From: a bacterium
GTDB lineage: Bacteria > SAR324 > JACQKK01
DNA: 64,000 nucleotides
NCBI GenBank assembly: GCA_965240465.1
Contig: OZ251219.1
Location: 480,001-544,000, forward strand
Direction of reading: 5' to 3'
In this document: piece by piece, positions 10,600-20,763 of the stretch
Numbering within the stretch: position 1 is the first letter of the stretch
How the letters are laid out: the number at the start of each line of letters is the position of its first letter
Translations under genes and position numbers: made by a program
The notes under the pieces: model-generated
What the model was told of the DNA's origin: nothing
Databases searched by the model: none
Seen by the model: only the letters and a program-made list of their open reading frames with translations

Positions 10600-12492
10600 C
10601 TAGCCATCTTTCAGGTGTATTTCTGGTGGGTTGGAGGCGGGAAACATTTTGGTCATCAGCCATTGTCCCCAGTTATTGGCAGATTGGGGGAGTATTTTTT
10701 TGTTTTGGAATTGAGTTTGGTGTAAGCGGCTGAGGAGTCCTCCTTGGTTGATCAATTCCTGATATTTACCGGATTCCATCACGGTTCCATTGTTGATAAC
10801 GTAGATTTGGTCGACTTGTTGGATGGTGGAGAGGCGGTGAGCGATGACGATGGTGGTGCGATTTTTGATGAGGTTACTGATGGCGAGTTGTATTTCTTGT
10901 TCGGATTCTGTATCTAGGGCGGAGGTAGCTTCATCTAGGATAAGGATGGGGGCATCTTTAACTAGGGCTCGGGCGATGCATAGGCGTTGTCTTTGTCCTC
11001 CTGAGAGTTGCATGCCGCTTTCTCCGATGCTGGTTTCATAGCCTTGTGGGAGTGCGGTGATGAAGTCGTGAGCGTAGGCGGCTTTAGCAGCTGTGATGAT
11101 TGATTTTTGGGTGCAGTTAATTTTGCCGTAGGCGATGTTGTTGCCGACGGTGTCATTAAAGAGGAAGATTTCCTGATTGACCATGGCGATTTGGTTACGC
11201 AAGGAATCGTATGAGCATTTTCGGACATCAATATCATCAATAGTGATGGCTCCTTCTTGGGGTTCAAAGAAGCGTGGGATCATATTGGCTATGGTAGTTT
11301 TGCCAGCTCCGCTGGGTCCTACCAGAGCGATTACCTTACCGCGTGGGATTTTAATATTGATATTGTATAGTTGAATTTTTTTACTGTTATTGTGTTGGAA
11401 TTTTTTAATTTTAAGTTGGATTCCTTTTTTAATGGGGGGCAAAGTTTTAGCGTTGGGATGGTCTTGTTCGCATTCTGCATTAGAAAGGGTAGCAAATACA
11501 TTCTGGCAGGCAGCTAATCCCTCTTGGATGTTAATGTTAAAGCCGCTAAGTCGCTTAAGAGGACTATTCATCATAAATATGGCTAGTACAAACGAAACAA
11601 AATCACCTGGGGTAATCGCCTGCTGGATGATTAAGTGTCCCCCCACTATGATAACCACCGAGCATACTAAGCATCCGATCACCTCTATTATAGGAGTAGA
11701 ATAAGCATTAACCTTAACCGTACACATTTCTTTTTTGGTTATCTCATTGTTAATGACTCTAAAACGTTTGCGTTCATAATCTTGCATGCCGAAAGCTCTC
11801 ACTACCCGAACTCCCCCCATTGTTTCTGATAATAAGGAGCTCATTTTGCCTAGTTTATCCAGTTTTTGTCCGGTCGCTAATTTATTAGCTTGACCAAATA
11901 CATAGATAAACACCATGGCTATCGGAATCGCCAAGATGAAAACTAACAATAGCTGCCAACTACGATATCCCAAGATTCCCAGTAGGATAACAATCATCGG
12001 TAAGTCCCTGAACGGTCCTACTAAGCTGACACGTAGGGCCTGCTGCAGAGTTATTATATCGGAAGTAAAGTGAGATATTAAAGTTCCCACCCGAGTTTTC
12101 ACAAAAAAACCAAAGTTCATCTCCAGCAAGTGATCATAGAGTTGCTGACGCAGTCTGTAGACGGTCTTCTGACCAATCAAGCCCAGTAGATAGTTATGAA
12201 TAAAAAAGAAAAACCCCTTGGCAGAAAAAACAATAACAACTGCCAACCCCATAAAAATAAAACGATCTAAATCCGGAATATCCCCCTTACTCAAATGATC
12301 AACCACATCCTTGGCATACCAAGCAGGCAAAGCATTAAAAAAATTGTAACAAACCATCCCCAGCAAAGCCCCAATGAATAACTTCCTATGCTGAAATACC
12401 AATCCCAGCAAACTCCTCAAGCTAACGTAGTCATTCTTATTCGTCCCCACTTGCACCAATGCAAACCCAATTTTGGAAAAGATGTTTTTCAA
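10600..12492 (-). CDS. MsbA-like ABC exporter (TMD plus NBD)
   Basis: Multi-TM N-terminus, GPSGAGKT, LSGGQRQR, ILDEATSALD. Confidence 0.9.
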   Translation of the reverse strand: MKNIFSKIGFALVQVGTNKNDYVSLRSLLGLVFQHRKLFIGALLGMVCYNFFNALPAWYAKDVVDHLSKGDIPDLDRFIFMGLAVVIVFSAKGFFFFIHNYLLGLIGQKTVYRLRQQLYDHLLEMNFGFFVKTRVGTLISHFTSDIITLQQALRVSLVGPFRDLPMIVILLGILGYRSWQLLLVFILAIPIAMVFIYVFGQANKLATGQKLDKLGKMSSLLSETMGGVRVVRAFGMQDYERKRFRVINNEITKKEMCTVKVNAYSTPIIEVIGCLVCSVVIIVGGHLIIQQAITPGDFVSFVLAIFMMNSPLKRLSGFNINIQEGLAACQNVFATLSNAECEQDHPNAKTLPPIKKGIQLKIKKFQHNNSKKIQLYNINIKIPRGKVIALVGPSGAGKTTIANMIPRFFEPQEGAITIDDIDVRKCSYDSLRNQIAMVNQEIFLFNDTVGNNIAYGKINCTQKSIITAAKAAYAHDFITALPQGYETSIGESGMQLSGGQRQRLCIARALVKDAPILILDEATSALDTESEQEIQLAISNLIKNRTTIVIAHRLSTIQQVDQIYVINNGTVMESGKYQELINQGGLLSRLHQTQFQNKKILPQSANNWGQWLMTKMFPASNPPEIHLKDG

Positions 12493-12790
12493 AAAAATTA
12501 CTCCTAAGTAAATATAATCCCCCTTCCAAACCCCCCAGTCACCAGCACTCCAAAATACGCCGACCGAAAATACTCACCCCGCTATTCTCTCAAAGAAGTA
12601 CCAAAAAATCAAATGCAACCCCCTCTGTAATCAATTAATAGGAGCTGGACCTGCCCACCATCCATCACCATCAGTAATAATAAAATAATCCTTGAAATAA
12701 TAAAAAAATAAGGAATTCGTGCTAAAATGCTAAAGTCAACTGACTACTCGCATCGTACCTCACCCCTTTCTCTTACCCAAATACCCCAAC

Positions 12791-13444
12791 TTGCCAATCC
12801 CACCCACCCAATCGCGACACCTACTCTTCGCCAGACACGGAGAAAGTGAACATAACCTGAATAAAAAGGTGTTCATGGGGCGTTCCCCTAATTCAGCCCT
12901 GACACCCACCGGAACCCAACAAGTAAAATCCCTAGCCCAACACCTCGCCGATGAAAAAATCGCAAATATCCGCCCTGATGCCATAATAAGCTCTTCCCTA
13001 CTGCGATGTAAGCAAACCGCAACCCTTATCGCTACCAAACTTGAAATCCCCCTCCACCTAGAAGATGCCTTCTGGGAACTCAGCAAGGGGCAGTGGGAAG
13101 GTACTATGCCCCGAATACCACTACCCGAACCATGGCTCTCTCAACTAAACCAAGATCCATTCCATTTCCGCTACCCCAAAGGAGAATCCCATCACGACCT
13201 CCAAAAGCGTATCGCCCCCGCTTTCCAAAACTGGATTAAAAAATTCCCCACCGAAAACCTCCTCTTCGTCCTCCACGGCGATGTCCTTCTTAATCTCCTC
13301 CAACAATTAATAGAATTCCCACCCCGACGCATCAATGACTTTAACCTCCAACTCTGCTCCCTGACCCACTTCGTCCAAACACCAACCAATTGGATACTCA
13401 ATTTCTTCAACCATTCTTCCTTCCTACCACCGCAATCCCGCTAG
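12791..13444 (+). CDS. Histidine phosphatase (phosphoglycerate mutase-like) family protein
   Basis: RHGES, E...GQWEG, GES, LHG motifs. Confidence 0.88.
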   Translation: MPIPPTQSRHLLFARHGESEHNLNKKVFMGRSPNSALTPTGTQQVKSLAQHLADEKIANIRPDAIISSSLLRCKQTATLIATKLEIPLHLEDAFWELSKGQWEGTMPRIPLPEPWLSQLNQDPFHFRYPKGESHHDLQKRIAPAFQNWIKKFPTENLLFVLHGDVLLNLLQQLIEFPPRRINDFNLQLCSLTHFVQTPTNWILNFFNHSSFLPPQSR

Positions 13445-13543
13445 ATATCCCCCCCAACAGCTAAGACTTATCCTAACCATCGGATCATAATCACAGCTAT
13501 CAAGGTCTTAGCGGGGATGAAGTATTTCCGTGGCGATTTTTTA

Positions 13544-14257
13544 TTAAGAGCTGGGCTTCCAGCGTAATCCTAGGGAGTAGAAATTCAGTTTTTTGCTTTG
13601 GAACATTAATTGGAATTCGGTGGGGGTTGGGCTAGCGGGAAAGCCATCGCGGGAGACATTATTGCTAAAGAAGTCCAGTTGCCAGTTTTGCCAATCTTGG
13701 GTGCGTTGCAGAGCGTGAAGGAAGCAGCTGGAGCTATCGGTTCTAAGTGCCAGCAGGGCATTGGGTTTACAAACCCATTCTAGGGATTTTTGTAGTTGTT
13801 GATTATCCAGCAGTCGTCGCGGGCGATGTTTGGCTTTAGGCCAGGGGTCGGGGAATTGTATAAGTACTAGGTCTACACTGCGAGGAGGAAGAAATTCTGC
13901 CAAGCGTAAGCCATCTGCATATAGCACCTGAACATTTTGCAGTTGGACACGGTGAAATTTGGTTTGGCTACGCAATAATCGCTTGAGACGCACTTCAAAA
14001 CCAACCAAGAGATCGTTTTGGTGAGCAGATGCTTCTGCTAACAAAAAACCTCCCGAGCCACTACCCAAGTCCACCACCAGACGCCCACACTCCTCCTGAT
14101 GTGCTACCTTCTTCGCTAGCTTTTCGCTCGCTAGCTTTTCGCTCGCTAGCTTTTCGCTCGCTAGCTTTTCGCTCGCTAGCCACTGACGAAACAGGGCTGG
14201 CGAGAAACGCAAATTTGCTACCTCAGCTAGCTTAAGGTTATTTTTACCATTTTTCAT
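13544..14257 (-). CDS. trmB: tRNA (guanine-N7)-methyltransferase
   Basis: DLGSGSGGFL, FPDPWPKAKHRPRRL, RTD, TEF. Confidence 0.9.
   Translation of the reverse strand: MKNGKNNLKLAEVANLRFSPALFRQWLASEKLASEKLASEKLASEKLAKKVAHQEECGRLVVDLGSGSGGFLLAEASAHQNDLLVGFEVRLKRLLRSQTKFHRVQLQNVQVLYADGLRLAEFLPPRSVDLVLIQFPDPWPKAKHRPRRLLDNQQLQKSLEWVCKPNALLALRTDSSSCFLHALQRTQDWQNWQLDFFSNNVSRDGFPASPTPTEFQLMFQSKKLNFYSLGLRWKPSS
14115..14180. repeat. 15-bp tandem repeat x4 inside trmB (encodes LASEK x4)
   Basis: gctagcttttcgctc repeated exactly. Confidence 0.95.
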
Positions 14258-14319
14258 GCCAGTGCTGGGAGATTTTGCAGGGGGGCGGAGGGCGGAGGGG
14301 GTTAGCTGGATATTCGCCC

Positions 14320-15345
14320 TTAACCCAGCTTCTTTTTAGAACGCTTACTAGGCTTAGATTTAGTCAAAGCTTTAGCAATGGAGTCTACCATCGGTCGCTT
14401 AAACAAGGCGGGTTTCTTGCGATAGCCTTCATTTTCCCAAGTGACCGAGGGACTAACATGCCCTCCTACCGCTTCACTCATAACATAGACAGCCAAGAAC
14501 GCCTGCGGGTCGCATTCAAACAGTAGTTCTTTAATTTGTCCCAGCTGATGTAGATGAATAATGCAGTAAATCACCTTTAACTTTTTGTTTGAGAAAGCTC
14601 CTACTGCATCAAAGAAGGTAACTCCACGATGCATGTGCCTCATAATGGCTTGGGCTACCTCTTCGGGCTGATCAGTGATGATCTGTACTGCTCGCTTTTG
14701 TGAAAAACTAGTCAGCAATTTTTCAAACACGATCCCAAATACCCACATGTACAAGGCAGAGTACAGCAATATATCTAAATTGGCATAAAACAGGGCCCCC
14801 AATAGATTGAGCCCATTAACCACATTAAAAGTGGTGCTGGTAGGCATCGCAAATTTTTTCTTCATGTACATGGCCAGTATTCTTTGCCCCCCGCCTGAGC
14901 CTCCTGCTCGCACTACCACCCCGATTCCCACTCCTAAAATCACCCCTGCCATAATGCATTTGAGTACGTCATTTTCTGGCAATTCCAACGATATCCCCTT
15001 GGTAGCTTCTAGTAAGAAGCTCAGCATCAACATACCAATGAACGAAATAACTGTGTGACGCAGGTGATGCTCACGCCAACCCAATATAAAAACGGGAATG
15101 TTTATCACAAGATAAATCACCCCCAAGGGTACCCGATGATCAAAAACGTAATAAAGCAGAATGCTAGTCCCTGCTAATCCCGAAGGAACTAACCCAAACA
15201 CCAGCACCACTGCATTTACTCCGATGCTCATCAAGCTAAGCCCTATGAGGGTTATAAGCAACAGAATGTAAAAACGCTTAGTGCATAAATAAACCCGTAC
15301 TTCACTTAGCTCAAGGCGTATGCGTCCAACGAATTCGCTATTCAC
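14320..15345 (-). CDS. YitT family membrane protein (DUF161/DUF2179)
   Basis: GLAGTS, NIPVFILGW, GGSGGG, IITDQPEEV, RGVT, DPQAF. Confidence 0.85.
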   Translation of the reverse strand: MNSEFVGRIRLELSEVRVYLCTKRFYILLLITLIGLSLMSIGVNAVVLVFGLVPSGLAGTSILLYYVFDHRVPLGVIYLVINIPVFILGWREHHLRHTVISFIGMLMLSFLLEATKGISLELPENDVLKCIMAGVILGVGIGVVVRAGGSGGGQRILAMYMKKKFAMPTSTTFNVVNGLNLLGALFYANLDILLYSALYMWVFGIVFEKLLTSFSQKRAVQIITDQPEEVAQAIMRHMHRGVTFFDAVGAFSNKKLKVIYCIIHLHQLGQIKELLFECDPQAFLAVYVMSEAVGGHVSPSVTWENEGYRKKPALFKRPMVDSIAKALTKSKPSKRSKKKLG

Positions 15346-15650
15346 AATGTCTTCTCACGATGCCTTTTCACGATGCCCTCTCACAATGCCTTTTCACGAT
15401 GCCTTCTCACAATGCCTTTTCACGATGCCCTCTCACAATGCCCTTTCACAATGCCTTCTTACAATGCCTTTTCACGATGCCTTCTCACAATGCCTTTTCA
15501 CGATGCCTTCTCACAATGCCCTTTCACAATGCCTTTTCACGATGCCTTTTCACGATGCCTTTTCACGATGCCCTTTCACAATGCCTTTTCACGATGCCCT
15601 TTCACAATGCCTATTCACAATGCCCTCTCACAATGCCTTTTCACGATGCT
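15341..15650. repeat. Degenerate 14-15-bp tandem repeat (about 20 copies)
   Basis: Units of (c)ac[ag]atgcc[ct]t[ct]t directly upstream of the yitT-like start. Confidence 0.95.
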
Positions 15651-15786
15651 TTTTCTTAATGTCCCGCTATGGAAATTAATTTAGAACGAGGTGTGATCCT
15701 ATTCACAACATTACTAACTTTCTTGCTAAAAAATGGCATAATAAAAGTCATTGGTGAATACAATCTTTTGGTGGTTATAACTTGCA

Positions 15787-16719
15787 ATGAGATTATCCAA
15801 GCGTCTTAGTTACTACAACATTTTGCAGGTATCTTCTACTGCCTCGCAAGAGGTAATCAGGGGAGCCCATCGGGCTTTGCTCAAGGATGGTGCCAAGCAC
15901 CCCGATCTGGGCGGCGATGACCTGGATGCCAGCTTGATCAATGAAGCCTACCAAGTACTCAGTGATCCTAAAGCTCGCCAAGAGTACGACTATCTATTAT
16001 TTTCCCGCTCGCAACAGGATGCCCCTAGGAAATCAATTGTCTTGCTGATCTGCACGAATTGCCGTACTCCCAATAGGCTATCCGATGATAACCCTCTCCA
16101 ACAGGCACGCTGTGAGAAGTGCGGTCGCAATTTGCTATCCCCCGAGGGCCATAAACCACATGAAAGTGTTTCCAAGAAGGCTTATCGCTTGGGTATTTTT
16201 CTATTTGAAAAAGGACTATTCATTCGTGCTCAACACGAATTTGAAACCACCCTTAAGTATGAACCAAATAAACCGCAACTCCACTACTGGATCGGAAGAT
16301 GCCAATATCAGCGAAGACTTTTCACCCAATCCAGACGCAGCTTTCAAATTGCTATCTCGCACGATGAAAATCAATTCCACTACCACTTCTGGGACGGACA
16401 AAGCCTATATGCCCTGAAATCGCACCACGAAGCCGCCCAATCTTTTATAAATGCTCTCCAACTCAGACCCCGACACTGGCCAACCATGATGCGTTTGGCT
16501 TCATCTCAGGTTCGCAGCGGAGATGCCAACCTAGCCCTGGAAACCCTAGAGAAAGTCATTGACACTGAACCTACTAGGAGCGAATTTTACACCTTAAAGG
16601 GAATGGTTTATTTGTCCTTAGAGCATAAAAAATTGGCCCTCAAAGCGTTTCGGCAAGCTCAAAATCTCAGCCCTGATGACCGTCTTACTGATAAATACAT
16701 CCAGATTCTTTCCCGTTAG
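15787..16719 (+). CDS. J-domain, Zn-ribbon and TPR co-chaperone
   Basis: YYNILQV...HPD...INEAYQVLSDP...YD; CTNC...CEKC; multiple TPR-like repeats. Confidence 0.85.
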   Translation: MRLSKRLSYYNILQVSSTASQEVIRGAHRALLKDGAKHPDLGGDDLDASLINEAYQVLSDPKARQEYDYLLFSRSQQDAPRKSIVLLICTNCRTPNRLSDDNPLQQARCEKCGRNLLSPEGHKPHESVSKKAYRLGIFLFEKGLFIRAQHEFETTLKYEPNKPQLHYWIGRCQYQRRLFTQSRRSFQIAISHDENQFHYHFWDGQSLYALKSHHEAAQSFINALQLRPRHWPTMMRLASSQVRSGDANLALETLEKVIDTEPTRSEFYTLKGMVYLSLEHKKLALKAFRQAQNLSPDDRLTDKYIQILSR

Positions 16720-16978
16720 TTTTCTCATAAAAAGAAGCGTTGCAGATCGTCCATAATTAACCTATGCTGAGCGGGTGGGTAATAGAGGGCAGCTGGGGGA
16801 GTGGTTGCGAGGGGCAGTCGGGGGGGGGGGTAGTTTTGGGGGAGTAGTTTTGGGGGGAGGCGTTATTTTGGGGAGTTATTTAGGGAAGGCATTCTTTTAT
16901 GGAGATTGAATGGCAAGAACTAAAAGGAATAGCTTAAACAGGCAAATTACAACGAATAGATTGGAGGACCGAAATTGA

Positions 16979-17818
16979 ATGGCAAAATCATTAGATAGCA
17001 AGGGTACAGAGCAGTTATTAGCCTTAGCAAAGCTCAGCGAACATGATGGGCATGTATTTCACTTAATGGAGCAGTTGTCGCGTTTGAATATGGAGTTGGA
17101 TTCCAAACGCCGTCCCTTAGATGAAGCTACTCGTTTGTTGGAAGAAGTGGAACTTCCATACCAAGAAATGGAAAAGGAAATAAATAGTTGTCAGCAGACA
17201 GCTAAGGTAGCACAAGAGACCTCAGCTCGTTTTGAATCTCATTTGAATCGCCTAAAAGAAGAAGAAGAACGCAATCAAGCTAAAAAGCAGATCACCGAAG
17301 CCAAGCGGGCTTACGATTTACTGCAAGAGCAAATTCGTCAGCGACACCAAAAACAATTGGAAATCCGCGGCGAACTGGAAGTACTGCGGCAACAATATCA
17401 AGAAGCTAACCAAAATTTTGAACGCCACACCCAAGGACTAGAAACCACCCGCTTAGAACTTAAAAAATCTATCGGCAGTGCCGAAAAAGTCCTAAAAACC
17501 GAGATCGTAAAACTAGACCACGACCTACGTTCCTGCTATGAAAAACTGGTGAAAACAGGTAAACGCCCCGCTACCGCGGCGGTTATCAAAAATTGCTGTG
17601 GCGGTTGCCACATGGAACTACCTCCCCGAGAATATAATCTTCTCTTGGCCAGCAATGGAAAACTAAATCAGTGTAGCCATTGCTATCGTATTACCTTTAT
17701 TCCAGCCGCATATCTAAACGAAGAACCTCCCGCAGAAGAAACTCCCACCAAAAAAACTCCCACCAAAAAAACTACTGGAAAATCTACCCCGAAAACTACC
17801 GAAAAAACAAAGATTTAG
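16979..17818 (+). CDS. Coiled-coil protein with C4-type zinc ribbon (DUF164-like)
   Basis: Long coiled coil, then CGGCHMELP...CSHCYRI. Confidence 0.85.
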   Translation: MAKSLDSKGTEQLLALAKLSEHDGHVFHLMEQLSRLNMELDSKRRPLDEATRLLEEVELPYQEMEKEINSCQQTAKVAQETSARFESHLNRLKEEEERNQAKKQITEAKRAYDLLQEQIRQRHQKQLEIRGELEVLRQQYQEANQNFERHTQGLETTRLELKKSIGSAEKVLKTEIVKLDHDLRSCYEKLVKTGKRPATAAVIKNCCGGCHMELPPREYNLLLASNGKLNQCSHCYRITFIPAAYLNEEPPAEETPTKKTPTKKTTGKSTPKTTEKTKI

Positions 17819-17819
17819 A

Positions 17820-18296
17820 CTATCCTTTGAAAAAATCATCAACAAACTCTCTGTCCTTGCATTTCTCCAACAATATCCAATTGTTTTTTGCTTTTGGTAT
17901 TTTATTCACCGATAGACTTCCCTGTCCTAGTTGCACAATATAGAGGGTGGGAATGAAATAAAAATTGATCCTTCTTTCCCCATTGTCACGTTCCGACTGC
18001 ACCCCGACAACTACGTCCGAAGTTTCAGTAGTTTGAGTATATTCCTTTACCCCAGATTTATACTCCCGATCTACACCGCCCCTCACCCCGCCCACAAACG
18101 ACACCGAACTGCCACTGACGGTTTTTACCTGAACTCTGATGATACAAGAATCTAATTCCACCACGATGTCATAAGTTGAATGAGGTAAATCAACCCGAGA
18201 AGCATTATAACCTCTTTCCAGTAGAGCAGCTAGCATTCTGCTTTCATTGGCGAATCCTTTTGCTGATGCTAGTTTGCCCTTATTTGTCTCTACCAT
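17820..18296 (-). CDS. Small PD-(D/E)XK endonuclease, probable restriction enzyme
   Basis: E...YDIVV...RVQVKT core; overlaps the stop of the upstream MTase. Confidence 0.75.
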   Translation of the reverse strand: MVETNKGKLASAKGFANESRMLAALLERGYNASRVDLPHSTYDIVVELDSCIIRVQVKTVSGSSVSFVGGVRGGVDREYKSGVKEYTQTTETSDVVVGVQSERDNGERRINFYFIPTLYIVQLGQGSLSVNKIPKAKNNWILLEKCKDREFVDDFFKG

Positions 18297-19579
18297 TTTT
18301 TAAGTACCAGTACATGATCTTCTTCTATGCGTTCCCTACGGGGAATTTTAATAAAGTGATTGATGATGCCCGACTCAAAACGGCACTCCACTTGATAACC
18401 AAGCTGAGGAGCAACATCTTTAAGATATCGCCAAGTTTCAAAAGGATGTCCCCTGATAATGTTACTGCCGATCACCATTACGTACCTTCCTCCTTTTTTT
18501 AAGACCCGATACACTTCCTGCATATTCAGCACCATGTCTTGAATAAATTTATAGGCAATATATCCTCGGCGAGGATCTGTTTGATAAATTGATTTAATAA
18601 CCGCATCGGCTGTTTTTATTCCAGTCTGGTGTAGGTGAACATAATCTTGGGCACTTACAATTTCTGTACCCACATGATTTACTTTTAAGTCCCTCAAAGA
18701 CCCATTAGCAAAACCCAGCCAATACATTTCAAGCTGGTGCGTTCTGGGATAATCAACTGCGTTCATGTAGGGCGGCGAAGTTAAGGCTAGTTCAAATGTT
18801 TCGTTTCCATAGATGTGCAGATCCGTGGCACTAGCATTGTTTGGTATTTCAACTGCGGCTAGTTTTGCGTTGCTAAATTCAAGCATGCCTTGAGTACTAC
18901 TTTTCAAACGCTTTTGGAAAAGGCTGATGGCATATCCAGCTTTAATCACTTTATTAAGCTTTTTGCGTACCACCGTGCGCGTACAGTTGTTATCGGCCTG
19001 AGAAGTTTGGCGGATAATGGAAGAAAAACAAATAAACAAAAAATTTCGCAGGGATGACGAACATTTCAATTTCACAATACCAGCCTTAATAAAGGCTAGT
19101 TCCCTTAAAACATGTGGCTTGAACCATCCATCCCGGTAAGGAAAATATGGCACCCCATTAATCAAACAGGATGAAGAAAAAGTATCCAAATAGGACCTTA
19201 TCCGTTCATTTGCCCTAAGGAGTTCATCCATATTTAGGGGGGTAGTTTTAACTAGGGACAGAAAGCGGGAAAACGGGTCTATATCCACTCCCACACTCCG
19301 ACGCCCCAACAGCATGGCTTCAAGGTTGGCGGTACCGCTCCCCATAAAGGGATCCAGCACTAAATCACCAGCCTTACTGTATCGCCTGATAATCCAACGC
19401 GGCAATTCAGGAAAAAATTTGGCGGGATATTTGTGAATCCCATGGGTATAAGCCCTTTGGTCATTGCTGATGAATAAAAATCGCTGCCCATCTCCAATGT
19501 TAAGGTCAATCGGGATATCCCCCTTAATACAGATTGGCACTGCCTTGCTGGTTTGAATGTGGTGAGATCTTGCTAACAT
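18290..19579 (-). CDS. DNA methyltransferase (alpha-order, probable N4-cytosine)
   Basis: THGIHKYPAKF and LDPFMGSGT precede TSPPY. Confidence 0.9.
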   Translation of the reverse strand: MLARSHHIQTSKAVPICIKGDIPIDLNIGDGQRFLFISNDQRAYTHGIHKYPAKFFPELPRWIIRRYSKAGDLVLDPFMGSGTANLEAMLLGRRSVGVDIDPFSRFLSLVKTTPLNMDELLRANERIRSYLDTFSSSCLINGVPYFPYRDGWFKPHVLRELAFIKAGIVKLKCSSSLRNFLFICFSSIIRQTSQADNNCTRTVVRKKLNKVIKAGYAISLFQKRLKSSTQGMLEFSNAKLAAVEIPNNASATDLHIYGNETFELALTSPPYMNAVDYPRTHQLEMYWLGFANGSLRDLKVNHVGTEIVSAQDYVHLHQTGIKTADAVIKSIYQTDPRRGYIAYKFIQDMVLNMQEVYRVLKKGGRYVMVIGSNIIRGHPFETWRYLKDVAPQLGYQVECRFESGIINHFIKIPRRERIEEDHVLVLKKW

Positions 19580-19781
19580 TTACAATGTACTTTTATCATC
19601 CAATGGTAAGAATGTACCTAATTTTGGGTAAGTTTGCCATATGAATGCGTTGTTATAGGATAGCTAATAATAATCTTGTGTGTAGCTAGAAAGATCAGCC
19701 AGAGGAGGTAATATTGTGTCAAGGTTTAGGTTGCGGAGTTAGTGTGGAGGTGAAGTATTAGTATTTTGCGTGTGATTTATT

Positions 19782-20753
19782 GTGAGTATTGGTCGTAGGG
19801 AGTTATTGCGTTTATTGGGGGCGGGGGTTTCTGGAGCGGCTCTGTGGGGTGTGAATGCGAGGTTGGTAGAGGCGGTGATTGGTGGTGTTCGGCAGCCGAA
19901 GTTGGTGTGGTTGAGGGGTTTGGGTACGGATATATCGTTATTGAGTCAGTTGGGGATGCAGCATCCTAATTTTTTGGATTTGGTACGTTTGGAATGGGTT
20001 TTGGATGGAGGTGATGTTTTTTCGGGGGTTTCGGGGTCTTGGAGTTTTGATCGTCTTGGTGAGAGATTAATTTTGGTATTGGAGGGGGTTCCGAGTGAGT
20101 TGGATTTCAGGAGTGAGTTATGGAGCAATTTACTGTCGCGAGGTCAAGCGGCGATATTGTTAGGGACGGATGTTTGCTATGGTGGGGTTGGGGAGTCTTT
20201 AGGTAGTTTGCGTCTTTTGGAGAAGCAATTGGGGGATGCGGGGGTAGCGGTAGTGAAGTTACCTGGGGTACCTCCTCCGCCGCAGCATTTAACGGGTATT
20301 TTGGCATATATGCAGGAGGTTGGTTTTCCTCGTTTGGATGGTCATCAGCGTCCTTTGCTGTATTATGGTCGGACGGTGTGTGAGGATTGCGAACGCCAGG
20401 GGGATTTACAGCGGGGGCGATTTGCGAGTTATGGGGGAGATGAAGGTTGTTTATTGCGTTTGGGTTGTAAGGGTTTGGTTACTCATAATAGTTGTGCTCG
20501 TCAGCGTTGGAATGGTGGGGAGCAGTGGTGTGTGGGGGTTGGAGGAGCTTGTACGGGTTGTTCTGAGCCGAGTTTTCCTAATCATGGAGGTTTGGGTTTA
20601 AGCGGTGCGATTACTGCGGGTTTGGGAGGATCTCGGTGGTGGCGTAGTTTGGGTTGGAGTGGTTGGGGGTTGACGGGTTTGGCAGGTTTGGCTTGGGGGT
20701 TAGAGGGATTGCGGGGCTGGTTATTTTCCACCAAGGAAAAGGGATTGGATTAA
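19782..20753 (+). CDS. [NiFe]-hydrogenase small-subunit homologue lacking proximal-cluster cysteines
   Basis: Tat-like GRRELLRLL; intact C-terminal cluster motifs (CEDC, GCLLRLGCKG, NSC...WNGG..WC...CTGC.EP.FP); C-terminal hydrophobic anchor. Confidence 0.85.
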   Translation: MSIGRRELLRLLGAGVSGAALWGVNARLVEAVIGGVRQPKLVWLRGLGTDISLLSQLGMQHPNFLDLVRLEWVLDGGDVFSGVSGSWSFDRLGERLILVLEGVPSELDFRSELWSNLLSRGQAAILLGTDVCYGGVGESLGSLRLLEKQLGDAGVAVVKLPGVPPPPQHLTGILAYMQEVGFPRLDGHQRPLLYYGRTVCEDCERQGDLQRGRFASYGGDEGCLLRLGCKGLVTHNSCARQRWNGGEQWCVGVGGACTGCSEPSFPNHGGLGLSGAITAGLGGSRWWRSLGWSGWGLTGLAGLAWGLEGLRGWLFSTKEKGLD

Positions 20754-20763
20754 GGTTGGGCTG

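Noticed and set aside
15320-15684. Three overlapping ORFs rich in MPFHDAFS/CLFT
   Set aside because: These are translations of the tandem repeat in frames that lack stop codons.
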